64,000 nt of DNA from Bacteroidota bacterium (GCA_018698135.1 JABINZ010000274.1:7686-71685), one strand, 5' to 3'; positions 1-10,409 are shown, counted from the first letter of the stretch. A program made the numbers and translations. Notes: generated from the letters alone by a model not told the origin.

Positions 1-1576
1 AGCTCATTACAGTTTTGGCTTTTATCATTATGATATTGGCGCTTCAAAAAAGAATATTTATAACGACACCAATTCAAGCCTTATTAGCAATGATATCAAT
101 TTAATAAAACAAGATCCTAAAGGCAACTTCTGGCTATCAAACTGGTCGAAGGGTGTTAGTTATTGGGATGGCGACACCTTCATTAATTACAACACTAGCC
201 AAGGATTATGCGATAACTGGATTCACGACATCGAGTTCAGGGATGGATTTGTTGTTTTCTCTAGTATTAATGGTCCATTATCCATTTATAATGACACTAA
301 TTTTATTACAATTCCAAAAGAAGCATCAATCGGTGAGGTGTCGGATATTGCTTTGGATGCTCAAGGAAATATTTGGGCATTGATGTATTCGATGTCAAAT
401 TCTGCCTATCTGATTGGAAAATATGATGGTACAAAATGGATTACATTTCCATCTCCTTTTCAAAAAAGTGTTTATTTAACAGATATTGCTTTCGACAAAA
501 ACAACAATATGTGGATTAGTTCCTGGAATGGCCTTGTAAAATTTAATGGTATGAATTATCGATATTACAAACAAAGCGATGGATTAATCAATGATAGCAT
601 CAATCATTTTAAAATATCATCTAAGGAGGAAATCTGGTTTTCATCCGAGTATGGAGTATCTAAATTGACTGAATCTGGTCAAATTAGTGGACAAGTATTC
701 GCAGGAGGAAATCCGGCAACTGCAGCCTTTGTTAAGCTGTTTAAGCTGAATAAAAAGAAGACAAAAACGCTTGAGCTAATTGATTCTGTAGGGACAAATG
801 CCAGTGGAAATTTTGATTTCTCAGACTTAAAGCAAGGTGAATACATGCTTTACGCTGGTGGTGAAGTAAACTATGTAAATACCTATTTAGGAGATGTTGA
901 AAGCTGGATGAAATCAAAAATTATTTATGTTGCATTTTGTGATAGCTTGTACGACAACAATACAATCAACCTGATCGATTTTCATCCTATTGCAGTTGGA
1001 AATGGTAAAATAGCAGGTAAACTAGTATCTGCTGATGGAACTCGAGCTGGAGCAGGACCAATTAAGGATGTGGATGTTACCCTTAAAAAAGTACCCGGTG
1101 GTGTAGTTAAAATCGCTAAAACCAATCAGTTTGGATTATTCGAATTCGATGAAATTGATACAGGTACTTTTTCCTTGATTATTGACATTCCCGGCTTGTC
1201 ACAAGACTCAGTAAGGCAAGTAGTTATAACTGATTCAGCTACTACATTCAGTCATCAGGATTATGAGGTGGATTCAACTGGTATTCATTTGGGTGATTAC
1301 AGCTCGGTTCAGGAAACATTTAATAGTTGGGGAAAAATGACTATCTATCCAAATCCGGCAACTTTTGAAATCAATACATCTCTTTATATACCTGTTTCCC
1401 AAGAGTTTGAAATAGAATTAGTTAATAGCAATGGCCAGTTGGTTTATTACAAAAAAACAGTATCAACAGGTCAAAATAATATTAAAATTAACATCCAGAA
1501 TCAAGCTAGAGGTTTATACCTGCTAACTATAAAATCATCATCAATTAAAAGCATGCAAAAAGTTGTGGTGATGTAG
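1..1576 (+). CDS. T9SS C-terminal-sorting-domain secreted protein, 5' partial; propeller-like repeats plus carboxypeptidase-regulatory-like domains
   Basis: The reading frame is open from base 2 with no stop, so the ORF-track Met at 338 is internal. The translation upstream of 338 (…GNFWLSNWSKGVSYWDGDTF…) continues in the same frame. The C-terminus (…IYPNPATFEINTS…LYLLTIKSSSIKSMQKVVVM) is a typical Por_Secre_tail. The middle has AGKLVSADG…/…TGTFSL CarbopepD_reg-like segments. Confidence 0.7.
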   Translation, partial: AHYSFGFYHYDIGASKKNIYNDTNSSLISNDINLIKQDPKGNFWLSNWSKGVSYWDGDTFINYNTSQGLCDNWIHDIEFRDGFVVFSSINGPLSIYNDTNFITIPKEASIGEVSDIALDAQGNIWALMYSMSNSAYLIGKYDGTKWITFPSPFQKSVYLTDIAFDKNNNMWISSWNGLVKFNGMNYRYYKQSDGLINDSINHFKISSKEEIWFSSEYGVSKLTESGQISGQVFAGGNPATAAFVKLFKLNKKKTKTLELIDSVGTNASGNFDFSDLKQGEYMLYAGGEVNYVNTYLGDVESWMKSKIIYVAFCDSLYDNNTINLIDFHPIAVGNGKIAGKLVSADGTRAGAGPIKDVDVTLKKVPGGVVKIAKTNQFGLFEFDEIDTGTFSLIIDIPGLSQDSVRQVVITDSATTFSHQDYEVDSTGIHLGDYSSVQETFNSWGKMTIYPNPATFEINTSLYIPVSQEFEIELVNSNGQLVYYKKTVSTGQNNIKINIQNQARGLYLLTIKSSSIKSMQKVVVM

Positions 1577-1696
1577 TAATATTTTTACTAAAGAGCCTTT
1601 ATTTCCAACGATTTCACTAAATTGAGTTTAGTAAAATGTACTTTGATTTGAAGCTTAATTAGAATAAGTTCAATTTGAAGGATTAAATTTTTAGTT

Positions 1697-4600
1697 TTGA
1701 GGAAATTCATTTACATCGTTCTATTTTTTATTAGTACTCTTCCCTCCTTTGCACAGCTGAGTGGAACCTATAGCATAGGTTCAGGAGCATCAAATTTCAG
1801 TAGTATCCAGCAAGCTGTCGATTCGCTGATCGTACAGGGAATCAATGGTCCGGTGGTTTTTAATTTGGTAAATAGCGTTTATTCAGAACAAATTCGAATC
1901 CCTGAAATTAATGGGGCATCATCAAGTAATACAATAACCATCCAATCTGATCTAAATAGTAATGCAACATGGACCTATGACTCTGCCACAGCCAATAAAA
2001 ATTACGTCCTCAAACTTGATTCAGCAGATCATTTTATCATTCAGGGCATATTATTCACCAATCCAAGTTTAAACTTTGGGCGTTTAATAGAAATTGATGG
2101 AGATGCCAATCATAATGCTTTTATTAAAAATGGATTTACAGGTCAAAATGTTAATTCTACTTCTGATAATTACGCCTTGGTTTATTCATCAGGAGGTCGC
2201 GATACCTTGAACATATTTGATTCAAATTCCTTTTCTAAAGGTTCTGTTGGTTTGTATTGGTCGGGCAGCGGTAATCCGGAAAGTTATAATCAGGTTATTA
2301 ATAATTCATTTTGGGGCCAATATGCTCGTGCGATCTATTGTTCAAACCAGGCAGAATTACTGATTGAAAATAATTATATCGGTAGCAATTCATCAGCCAG
2401 CACTTTTACTGGAATTGAGGTTGAAAATTCAACTGATTATGTTAAAGTAATTAGAAATCAGATATCTTTTTCATCAGAGGGTTTTTGTTTGTTGCTGGAT
2501 GCTATTCAGGCACAAGCAGGAACCGAAGCACTGATTGCTAATAACTTTCTGCATGCTGGTGGAAATACTGCTGCCATAGGTGTGTTTGTTGAAACGTCCA
2601 ACTACATAAATATTTATAACAACAATATAAATATTACATCAACAACTATTGGAAGTGCAGGACGAGCTATCAACATACAAGATGTTAATGGGAGAACTTC
2701 GCATATTAAAATGCGCAACAATATCATTGTTAACAGGGGGCTTGGCTTTGGAATTATAACCTTTACAACAGATACCGTCAGCAGCGACTATAACTGTTTT
2801 TATACCCCAAATTGCCCCTTTGGTTATTGGAATGGATATTCTACCAACACCATGGCTATATGGTGGTTATACACCAACCAGGATTCAAACTCAATCATTG
2901 CCAATCCGGGATTCTTTTCCCCATCCAATCTGCATGTTAGTCAGCGCAACCTTGATTCCAATGGACTCAGCTTAGCTGAAGTGATATACGACATTGATGG
3001 TGATGTAAGGGATTCGTTATATCCTGACATTGGTGCTGATGAATTTAATGTTTTCTTGAATGATATTGGATTAACCCAAATAGTTGATCCCATTGCACCT
3101 TGTCCAAATGCTTCTTCTATGATTTCTGTTCGTGTAAAGAACTTTGGACTGGATACTATTAATTCAATAGAGTTTGATTGGTTTGTCAACGGATTGAAAA
3201 AAAATAGCAATCCCATTGTCAAAACAGTGGTTTTGGCTCCGGGTCAGGCGACAAACATAATGTTGGCCTCCTATATTTTTCCATCGAATAAACCCACAGA
3301 TATCATAATTATTGCCAATAGAGTAAATCTAAAAACGGATACAAATTCATTCAACAACATGGTTGTCAGGACATTTCAAACCGCCCTGACTGGCAATTAT
3401 ACCATAGGTCCAACTGGAGATTACACAAGCATTTCAAATGCTGTTAGTGATTTACATGAATTAGGTGTTTGTGGACCTATTGATTTTTATATTGAAGCAG
3501 GTATTTATATTGGCCAAATTAGCATTAACGATATTAAAGGTATTTCATCAAATAGCAGAGTTCGTTTTATAGGTGAAAAATCGACAACTGATAGCGTAAT
3601 CATTCAATTTACGGCTGCTCAGTGGTATGCAAATTACACCCTCAAAATTGGTAGCCCCTGGGTTGGTTTCGAAAATGTGAGCATTATCAACGATGGAGCA
3701 ACTTATGGACGGGTAATTGACCTCGTGGGTGCAACACATGGGGTTACATTCAGCAAAAACAACATCATCGGACTTAGTTCAGTTTCTGCTTCCTCTGAAT
3801 TTGCTCTTATTTATGCTGCAGATAATTTCAGTACTGATTCATTAATGCTATTTGATTCCAATCATTTTATTGATGGATCTTATGGTATTTGGATTTCTGG
3901 TTTATCCTTAAATGATTTCGGATCATCTAATTATATCACCAATAACCAATTTAAAAACCAATTTGTTATTGCCATTCAAGGTCTTTATCAAAAAGGACTT
4001 CACATAATTGGAAACCATATTGAAACATCTACAAGCTATTCGAATTATGCGGCTATTCAAATTCAAAACTCTTTTAACAATTTTGTTATTTCCAAAAATA
4101 AAATAAATGTAAAGCAAGGCCGATATGGTATCAACATCGTTTATACAAATGGCAATATAAATGAAAGAGGACTCATTTCAAATAATTTCATCCACATCGG
4201 AGGAAGCTTTAGTAATGTCAAAGGTATTGGGCTCGACAATAGTAGCTTTACGAATATTTATAATAACAGTATTCACATAACCACAGATCATTATTCCGCA
4301 TCTGGATTGTTTATCAATAGCAATGTAACTAATTCCTGGGTTTATAATAATAATCTGGTTAATACTGGTCCTGGATATGCTCTCTCCTACTTCGGTGTAA
4401 CATATCTAAAAAGTGATTACAATAATATCTATACAACATCGAATAATTTTGCTTGGTTTAATGGCAACCGATTAGATCTTTCGGCCTGGCAACTTTCAAC
4501 AAAATATGATTCCAATTCTGTTTCGGCTAATCCCTATTTCACATCAAAAACCGATTTACATTCAAAAGCTATTGAATTGGATTCTGCTGGTACACGTTTA

Positions 4601-6967
4601 CAAAAAGTATTGTACGATATTGATGGTGATTTAAGAAATCCCTATTTCCTTGATATTGGTGCTGATGAGTTTGTATTGTTAAGTAGTGATGCAGGTGTTG
4701 TAGATTGTCCTACATTTTCAGAAACGGCCTGCGATGGCATGAAGAGTCTTCAGGTTGAGTTGATAAACTATGGTGTAATTCGCCTCGACAGTATTGATAT
4801 TGTTTGGTCCATCAACAATCAAGTTGCCGACACAGCTACTTATTACGGTGCCTTAGGCTATTTAAAATCAGATACCCTAACATTGGGCAATTATTCCTTT
4901 AATGCCGACTCCAACTATACCATAACCTTTTTTACTCTCTTCCCAAATGGACAAACAGATGAAAAGCACGAAAATGATAGTTTTACTATTCGTGATTTAA
5001 ATATTGTTTCTTTTCCTCAAAATATTCAAACTCACGATACGCTCTCATGTTTCAATGATTCGGCACTCTTAGAAGCAACTGCAAGCAATGCTTACAGTTA
5101 TTTTTGGTTTGATTCAATAGCATCAGGAGCATTACAGCATATTGGTCAAACTTTTAAAACACCAAAGCTTAAAAATACAACCACCTATTTTGTAGAAGCA
5201 CGAAGCAAAGCCATACCCGATAGTCTGAAAACTACCTATAATTCAGGATTAGGTAATCTGACCAATGGTTGCATGTTTGATGTATCAGCAATTTCAACAG
5301 ATCTTACCATAGATAGTTTCGATATTCATACCCTGTATAAAAACGACTACCCAGTTTGGGTGTATTATAAAAAGGGATCATACGTTGGCTTTCAAAACGA
5401 TTCAGCCAGCTGGATATTATTGGACTCAACTACTGTTAATGCACAAGGATTTGAAAAAGCAACCCGAGTACCAATAGGTGGTTTTACCATTCCAAAAGGA
5501 GAAATGTATGCTATTTATATTACCACTATTCCTGTTAGTTTCTTAAACTTCAGTAGTGGCAATAGTACTTATTTAGATGATGAGCTCGCTATTTGGCCAG
5601 GCATAGCTTTAGATTACCTTTTTGATGCCACATTTGCCGTGAGCGCGGTCTTCAATGGTCAAATATATTATTCAAGTGGTGCTTTTTGTCAAACTGAACG
5701 AAAAGCAGCTACAGTATTTGTAAAAGAAAAACCAAACGTTATTCTTCCTGTCGATACCTTCGTTTGTTATCAGCAAACATTGGAACTAAATGGAAATCAT
5801 GGACCAAGCTATAGCTACGAATGGAGAAAATTACCTTCTTCTGCCGTAATTAGTAGTTCCGAAATATTTAGTATTATTTCAAATGGCATCTACAGCCTGA
5901 CAGTTGATGATGGATGTGGACATATTGATATTGATACAATACAAGTGATTAGTGCACTTAACCCTGAAGCTGATTTTATTTTAAATGATACTTCACAGTG
6001 TATTTATAACAACCGAATAGTTTGTACGAATAAGTCTTTTGTTTTATTGGATAGCTTGATTTATCACTGGGATTTTGGTGATGGAGACACCTCCAGTGCG
6101 GAGAATCCAAAACATAAGTATACGAAGGATTCTGTTTATAGAGTTACACTCAAAGCTATATCTGATAAAGGTTGTATGGATTCACTGAGCAGGAATGTGT
6201 ACATTAATCCAAAACCTGAAGTCGATTTTTCTATCGCTATTAATTCGAATTGTTTAAACGACAATAGTTTTGATTTCTACAATAGCTCAAAAATCAAATC
6301 AGGTAGTTTAACATACAAGTGGTTGTTCAGTGATAACTATACAAATACTGTGGATTCGATCTTTAACTATGGTTTTAAATCCAATGGATCGTTTAGCATT
6401 CAACTGATTGGAAAATCGAATTATGCTTGTTACGATACCTTCTCAAAAAGTGTCAATGTAAAAGAAAATCCTGTAATTGATTTGGGTAAGGACACAACTT
6501 TGTGTGCAGAACAGCATCTTGTTTTGGCACCCGGATTTGGATTTGATTCCTATTTATGGTCCAATGATTCTACGGATGCAGCTATTTTGGTGGATACCAA
6601 TAAAGTGGGTATAGGTTTGCAAACATTTTGGGTACAGGTGTCTGAAAATGGTTGTGAGAGTTATGATACTATTCTGGTCACTTTTGTGATTTGTGGATCA
6701 ATTGAAGAAGAGAATCATACTGTTTTGGTTTATCCAAACCCGGTTTCCGATCTACTTCATATTAAATTTGATGGTTTTACATCAAGTAACGAGCTGGTCA
6801 TATTAGTTCTTAATATAGAAGGTAAGCAACTACTTATTGATCATGTGGGATCTTCTAATACATCTCAAACGAATTCTATTAATGTTTCTCAATTGCCTGA
6901 AGGAATGTACATATTGCAGATTAAAGGCGAGCATTACTATAGCCATGTTAAATTCATCAAGAAGTAA
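1697..6967 (+). CDS. Giant T9SS-secreted protein (1756 aa) with 2 x [parallel beta-helix + CARDB-like] modules, a central domain, PKD domains and a Por_Secre_tail
   Basis: Signal peptide MRKFIYIVLFFISTLPSFAQ from a TTG start at 1697 (start uncertain). N-x-[IV]-x-N-rich beta-helix repeats duplicated (LSGTYSIGSG… and LTGNYTIGPTGDY…). Each is followed by a …YDIDGD(V/L)R…DIGADEF… segment. PKD signature WDFGDGDTSSAENPKHKY. C-terminus VYPNPVSDLLHIKF…MYILQIKGEHYYSHVKFIKK. Paralogous to 48105..55040. Confidence 0.8.
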   Translation: MRKFIYIVLFFISTLPSFAQLSGTYSIGSGASNFSSIQQAVDSLIVQGINGPVVFNLVNSVYSEQIRIPEINGASSSNTITIQSDLNSNATWTYDSATANKNYVLKLDSADHFIIQGILFTNPSLNFGRLIEIDGDANHNAFIKNGFTGQNVNSTSDNYALVYSSGGRDTLNIFDSNSFSKGSVGLYWSGSGNPESYNQVINNSFWGQYARAIYCSNQAELLIENNYIGSNSSASTFTGIEVENSTDYVKVIRNQISFSSEGFCLLLDAIQAQAGTEALIANNFLHAGGNTAAIGVFVETSNYINIYNNNINITSTTIGSAGRAINIQDVNGRTSHIKMRNNIIVNRGLGFGIITFTTDTVSSDYNCFYTPNCPFGYWNGYSTNTMAIWWLYTNQDSNSIIANPGFFSPSNLHVSQRNLDSNGLSLAEVIYDIDGDVRDSLYPDIGADEFNVFLNDIGLTQIVDPIAPCPNASSMISVRVKNFGLDTINSIEFDWFVNGLKKNSNPIVKTVVLAPGQATNIMLASYIFPSNKPTDIIIIANRVNLKTDTNSFNNMVVRTFQTALTGNYTIGPTGDYTSISNAVSDLHELGVCGPIDFYIEAGIYIGQISINDIKGISSNSRVRFIGEKSTTDSVIIQFTAAQWYANYTLKIGSPWVGFENVSIINDGATYGRVIDLVGATHGVTFSKNNIIGLSSVSASSEFALIYAADNFSTDSLMLFDSNHFIDGSYGIWISGLSLNDFGSSNYITNNQFKNQFVIAIQGLYQKGLHIIGNHIETSTSYSNYAAIQIQNSFNNFVISKNKINVKQGRYGINIVYTNGNINERGLISNNFIHIGGSFSNVKGIGLDNSSFTNIYNNSIHITTDHYSASGLFINSNVTNSWVYNNNLVNTGPGYALSYFGVTYLKSDYNNIYTTSNNFAWFNGNRLDLSAWQLSTKYDSNSVSANPYFTSKTDLHSKAIELDSAGTRLQKVLYDIDGDLRNPYFLDIGADEFVLLSSDAGVVDCPTFSETACDGMKSLQVELINYGVIRLDSIDIVWSINNQVADTATYYGALGYLKSDTLTLGNYSFNADSNYTITFFTLFPNGQTDEKHENDSFTIRDLNIVSFPQNIQTHDTLSCFNDSALLEATASNAYSYFWFDSIASGALQHIGQTFKTPKLKNTTTYFVEARSKAIPDSLKTTYNSGLGNLTNGCMFDVSAISTDLTIDSFDIHTLYKNDYPVWVYYKKGSYVGFQNDSASWILLDSTTVNAQGFEKATRVPIGGFTIPKGEMYAIYITTIPVSFLNFSSGNSTYLDDELAIWPGIALDYLFDATFAVSAVFNGQIYYSSGAFCQTERKAATVFVKEKPNVILPVDTFVCYQQTLELNGNHGPSYSYEWRKLPSSAVISSSEIFSIISNGIYSLTVDDGCGHIDIDTIQVISALNPEADFILNDTSQCIYNNRIVCTNKSFVLLDSLIYHWDFGDGDTSSAENPKHKYTKDSVYRVTLKAISDKGCMDSLSRNVYINPKPEVDFSIAINSNCLNDNSFDFYNSSKIKSGSLTYKWLFSDNYTNTVDSIFNYGFKSNGSFSIQLIGKSNYACYDTFSKSVNVKENPVIDLGKDTTLCAEQHLVLAPGFGFDSYLWSNDSTDAAILVDTNKVGIGLQTFWVQVSENGCESYDTILVTFVICGSIEEENHTVLVYPNPVSDLLHIKFDGFTSSNELVILVLNIEGKQLLIDHVGSSNTSQTNSINVSQLPEGMYILQIKGEHYYSHVKFIKK

Positions 6968-7116
6968 GCAAAGAACTGCTATTATAACTTGTCAAGATGG
7001 GAGTCGTAGGCCGACTTCAAGTCGCACTACGACTGAAACTGGATGAAGCACACTAGCAATAAGGTTTAACATAAACTTTTATTCAATAAATTTGAGTTTA
7101 AAACAACACAAATTTT

Positions 7117-7686
7117 ATGAATTTAAAAGCCCTAATTACTAAAAACCGCAGTTACCGCAGGTTCTTTGAAGATATCCAAATTGAACGTTCACAACTCGAG
7201 GAATGGGTTGATTTAGCCCGCCTATCCCCTTCTGCTAAAAACTTACAACACTTTAAGTATCATTTAAGTTATACTACTGAAGCTTGTGACCAGATATTTC
7301 CCAATACGGCTTGGGCTGGTTATCTAAAAGATTGGCCGGGACCAGAAAAAGGAGAAAGACCATCTGCCTATATTACAGTATTGCTGGATAAAACCATTAG
7401 TTCCAATCCATGGCACGATGAATATATTTCCGCACAAAGCATATTATTAGGAGCTGTAGAAGCTGGATTTGGAGGCTGTATATTAGCTGCCATCAATAAA
7501 AGAGAATTATCAAAAGAATTTCAACTGGCTGAGCATTTTGAAATAATGTATTGTATTGCGCTGGGAAAACCCAAAGAAGAAGTTATCGTAGAAGATGTTG
7601 AAGATGATAGTATTATTTACTATCGTGACGCAAATCAGGTTCATCATGTGCCAAAGCGGAAATTGAGTGAGTTAATTATTAACTAG
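7117..7686 (+). CDS. Nitroreductase-family protein (NAD(P)H-dependent oxidoreductase)
   Basis: 189 aa. Pattern RRSYRRF…PSA.N.Q….AGY…ILLGAVEAGFGGC… is typical of the nitroreductase fold. Confidence 0.65.
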   Translation: MNLKALITKNRSYRRFFEDIQIERSQLEEWVDLARLSPSAKNLQHFKYHLSYTTEACDQIFPNTAWAGYLKDWPGPEKGERPSAYITVLLDKTISSNPWHDEYISAQSILLGAVEAGFGGCILAAINKRELSKEFQLAEHFEIMYCIALGKPKEEVIVEDVEDDSIIYYRDANQVHHVPKRKLSELIIN

Positions 7687-7899
7687 CATTCGACATAACA
7701 AAAGCTTGGATTTAATAGTAAAAAATGTTTTACAGCTTATTCTGTAGTTATTTATAAAAAAAATGTATATCCTCAATTATACCACAGTCATTTCTATTGT
7801 AATAGCATTCATATTTGTCCACCGATTCCAGAAATTTCACTAGTCTCCTAAAAACAAAACTATGGCAATTTTTACATCATTGGTTTAATAGCGGAAATT

Positions 7900-7934
7900 C
7901 AATTAAAAAAGGGAATCAATAAAAATCAATTCCC
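7900..7934 (-). terminator. Putative rho-independent terminator of the glutathione-peroxidase gene
   Basis: Hairpin GGGAAT-N12-ATTCCC at 7911..7934. On the minus-strand transcript it is followed by UUUUUUAAUU (complement of 7901..7910). It lies 30 nt downstream of the minus-strand stop at 7965. Confidence 0.5.
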
Positions 7935-7964
7935 TTCGTAATAATTCTATGAATTCAGTGATAT

Positions 7965-8783
7965 CTACTTATCAATCCTGATTTGCATGCTTTTCTTTTC
8001 CTGATTAATTTCAGCAATCACCACGTATAATCCGGCAAGCATTCGATCTGTATTATAACTAATCCTTAAATCGTTTTCTACAGGGCTGTTATAAAGTTCT
8101 TCAACTAATTGTCCATTCATGTTCATTATTTTTACCACCACATTGGACAATTCCTCAACCGTAACAACCACATTGAAATGATCGGTAGCAGGTGCAGGAT
8201 AAACTGTCAAATTTGACACCCTGCATTCTTCTTCGGTGAGTGATGTTCCTTGAGCAATCCAAGTAGTAATAATGGGTGCCAAAGGAGAAGTTGCTGATAA
8301 ACGTACATCGTGCCAGCTTCCATCTTCATCAATTAGAAATTTTTGAAAATTCCACTCAACAGGCGCATCTTTTACACCATTCTCAGTTTGTTTGGTAAGC
8401 CATTGATAAAGGGGATGAATTTGAGCCCCACTGACATGAATTTTGGCCATCATTGGAAAAGTGACCCCATAATTATCTTCACAAAATTTGAGAATATCGC
8501 CATCTGAACCTGGCTCCTGATTTCCAAAATCGTTGGAAGGAAATCCGATGATGGTAAAATTATGCTTCTTATAATCTTGAAACAATTGTTGCAGCTCTTC
8601 ATATTGATACGTATATCCGCACAAAGAAGCTGTATTTACAACCATGATCTTTTGCCCTTTAAAAATGGACAAATCAACAGTATCTCCATTAATGGATATT
8701 ACCTTAAAATCATGAAAGGTCTTTTGTGAAAATGCTAAAAATGAGAGTAGAACAAATATATAAATTGAAATGGCTTTTTTCAT
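7965..8783 (-). CDS. Glutathione peroxidase-family (Cys-type) domain fused to a T9SS C-terminal sorting domain
   Basis: N-terminal signal peptide. GPx motifs VNTASLCGYT, (I)GFPSNDFGNQEPG, WNFQKFLIDEDG. C-terminal ~80 aa (…LTVYPAPATDHFNVV…LYVVIAEINQEKKSMQIRIDK) resemble Por_Secre_tail. Confidence 0.8.
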   Translation of the reverse strand: MKKAISIYIFVLLSFLAFSQKTFHDFKVISINGDTVDLSIFKGQKIMVVNTASLCGYTYQYEELQQLFQDYKKHNFTIIGFPSNDFGNQEPGSDGDILKFCEDNYGVTFPMMAKIHVSGAQIHPLYQWLTKQTENGVKDAPVEWNFQKFLIDEDGSWHDVRLSATSPLAPIITTWIAQGTSLTEEECRVSNLTVYPAPATDHFNVVVTVEELSNVVVKIMNMNGQLVEELYNSPVENDLRISYNTDRMLAGLYVVIAEINQEKKSMQIRIDK

Positions 8784-8789
8784 GTATTG

Positions 8790-10169
8790 CTAAATTTTTT
8801 CAAGTTCAACCGTGAAGTGACGCATAATAGGAGCTTCGTAATTAATCCTGAATCCGGATTTAATGTCATTTCTTCTGTCCCAAACGTTCTTCAACGCAAC
8901 TGCAATATAGTTCATATGATTGAAAGTATAGACACGCCTAGGGATTGCCAAGCGTAATAACTCTAATTTAGGGTAGCGATTTTCCCTGCTTACAGGATCT
9001 CGATCTGCCAGTAAAGTGCCAATTTCAACTCCCCTAACACCACTTTCGATATATAATTCAATACCTAAAAGCTGTGCAATAAATTCTTCTTGTTTAATAT
9101 GAGGAAAGAATCTTTTTGCATCTACAAAAATAGCATGGCCTCCAAAAGGCTCCTGAACAGGAATTCCAAAATCCTTCAATTTTTGTCCCAAATAAGCAAC
9201 CTGATCAATCCGGGCTTCTAAATAATCACATTCTGTTCCTTCGTATAAACCTTGAGCCAAGGCATTCATATCGCGACCTGACATACCACCATAGGATATA
9301 AATCCTTCATAAATAATATTGAATACACTAGCTTGTCGGAATAACTCCAGGTCTTTCATGCCAATGAAACCACCCATGTTCACAATAGCATCCTTTTTTG
9401 AGCTCATGGTCATAGCATCCATGTAGGAAAATGTTTCCTTCACTATCTCCCGAATATCCTTGTTTGCATATCCTTCTTCTCTTTTTTTAATGAAATATGC
9501 ATTTTCGGCAAAGCGCGCACTATCAGCAACCATTTTCACACCATGCTTCGAACACAAGGCCGCTACTTCGCGGATATTTTGCATGGAAACAGGTTGTCCT
9601 CCTGATGAATTACAGGTAATGGTTACAACTATAAAGGGTATTTTCTCAATCGGGTTATTTAAAAAAACATCTTCCAATTTTTTCAGGTCAATATTTCCCT
9701 TGAAGGGATGGAGAACCTGGGTATCGAATGCTTCATCGATGGTGCAATCAATTGCTTTGGCCTTACGAAACTCGATATGTCCTTTAGTTGTATCGAAATG
9801 TGTGTTTCCGGGAATAAGGTCTCCCTCTTTGATTAATGCTGAAAACAATACATTCTCGGCTGCCCTACCTTGGTGCACTGGTAGAAAATACTCAAATCCG
9901 GTTATATCTGTAATGGCATTTTTTAGTTTGTAATAAGAAGTGGAACCTGCATAGCTTTCATCTCCCAGCATCATTTCTGACCATTGTTTATCAGACATGG
10001 CACCGGTTCCCGAATCAGTCAACAGGTCAATAAATACATTTTCGCTTTTCAGATTGAACAAATTGTATTTGGCTTCTTTTATAAATTCTACTCTTTCTTC
10101 TCTGGTTGTCCTTTTAATGGTTTCAACCATTTTAATTTTATAGGGTTCTGCAAATGGTAATTTCATCAT
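8790..10169 (-). CDS. tnaA: Tryptophanase / tyrosine phenol-lyase family beta-eliminating lyase (PLP-dependent), most likely tryptophanase
   Basis: 459 aa. Segments shared with E. coli TnaA and Citrobacter TPL (DLLTDSGTGAMSDKQW, TITCNSSGGQPVSM, DSARFAENAYFIKKRE, MSSKKD PLP-lysine region, RLAIPRRVYT), recalled from memory. Confidence 0.8.
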   Translation of the reverse strand: MMKLPFAEPYKIKMVETIKRTTREERVEFIKEAKYNLFNLKSENVFIDLLTDSGTGAMSDKQWSEMMLGDESYAGSTSYYKLKNAITDITGFEYFLPVHQGRAAENVLFSALIKEGDLIPGNTHFDTTKGHIEFRKAKAIDCTIDEAFDTQVLHPFKGNIDLKKLEDVFLNNPIEKIPFIVVTITCNSSGGQPVSMQNIREVAALCSKHGVKMVADSARFAENAYFIKKREEGYANKDIREIVKETFSYMDAMTMSSKKDAIVNMGGFIGMKDLELFRQASVFNIIYEGFISYGGMSGRDMNALAQGLYEGTECDYLEARIDQVAYLGQKLKDFGIPVQEPFGGHAIFVDAKRFFPHIKQEEFIAQLLGIELYIESGVRGVEIGTLLADRDPVSRENRYPKLELLRLAIPRRVYTFNHMNYIAVALKNVWDRRNDIKSGFRINYEAPIMRHFTVELEKI

Positions 10170-10409
10170 TTAATTGATTTAGTTAATACAAATATGTAAG
10201 ATGGATTTCAATTAGACAGAAAAGAGTCGCGGTCTTTGATATTTCGGAATATTTGTATCACAATAGACAGAATTGATAAAAGTATTATCAGAAATTAATA
10301 ATGGTCAAAAGTATGAATTTTTTATTTAAGTTGCTTTGCGAAATATTAAAACGTGTTTTGAGCTAGTTTTGATGGGTCGAAACGTTCTGTAACAATCACA
10401 ACCTGACTT

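Noticed and set aside
153-383. 76-aa ORF at the 5' end
   Set aside because: It lies out of frame inside the 5'-partial T9SS protein gene, whose frame is open from base 2 through 1576. It is a frame artefact.
9460-9933. 157-aa plus-strand ORF
   Set aside because: It is antisense to and entirely inside the well-supported tnaA-like gene, and its translation is low-complexity. Other small internal or antisense ORFs in the track were rejected for the same reason: 2941..3222, 3548..3739, 3923..4117, 6837..7046, 10428..10622, 11255..11449, 13897..14082, 14791..14988, 15121..15548, 16514..16720, 18743..18991, 19802..20075, 20466..20959, 21381..21581, 26505..26687, 27765..28115, 28692..28916, 31647..31898, 32142..32336, 33113..33340, 34019..34213, 38307..39173, 39665..39919, 42074..42657, 43721..43924, 45672..46375, 47367..47579, 49162..54753 and 55926..63692.
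10170-10409. Possible tnaC-like leader peptide / attenuator upstream of the tryptophanase-like gene
   Set aside because: I found no short ORF ending in a Trp-rich or stalling motif, and no terminator or antiterminator pair, in the 240-nt leader.
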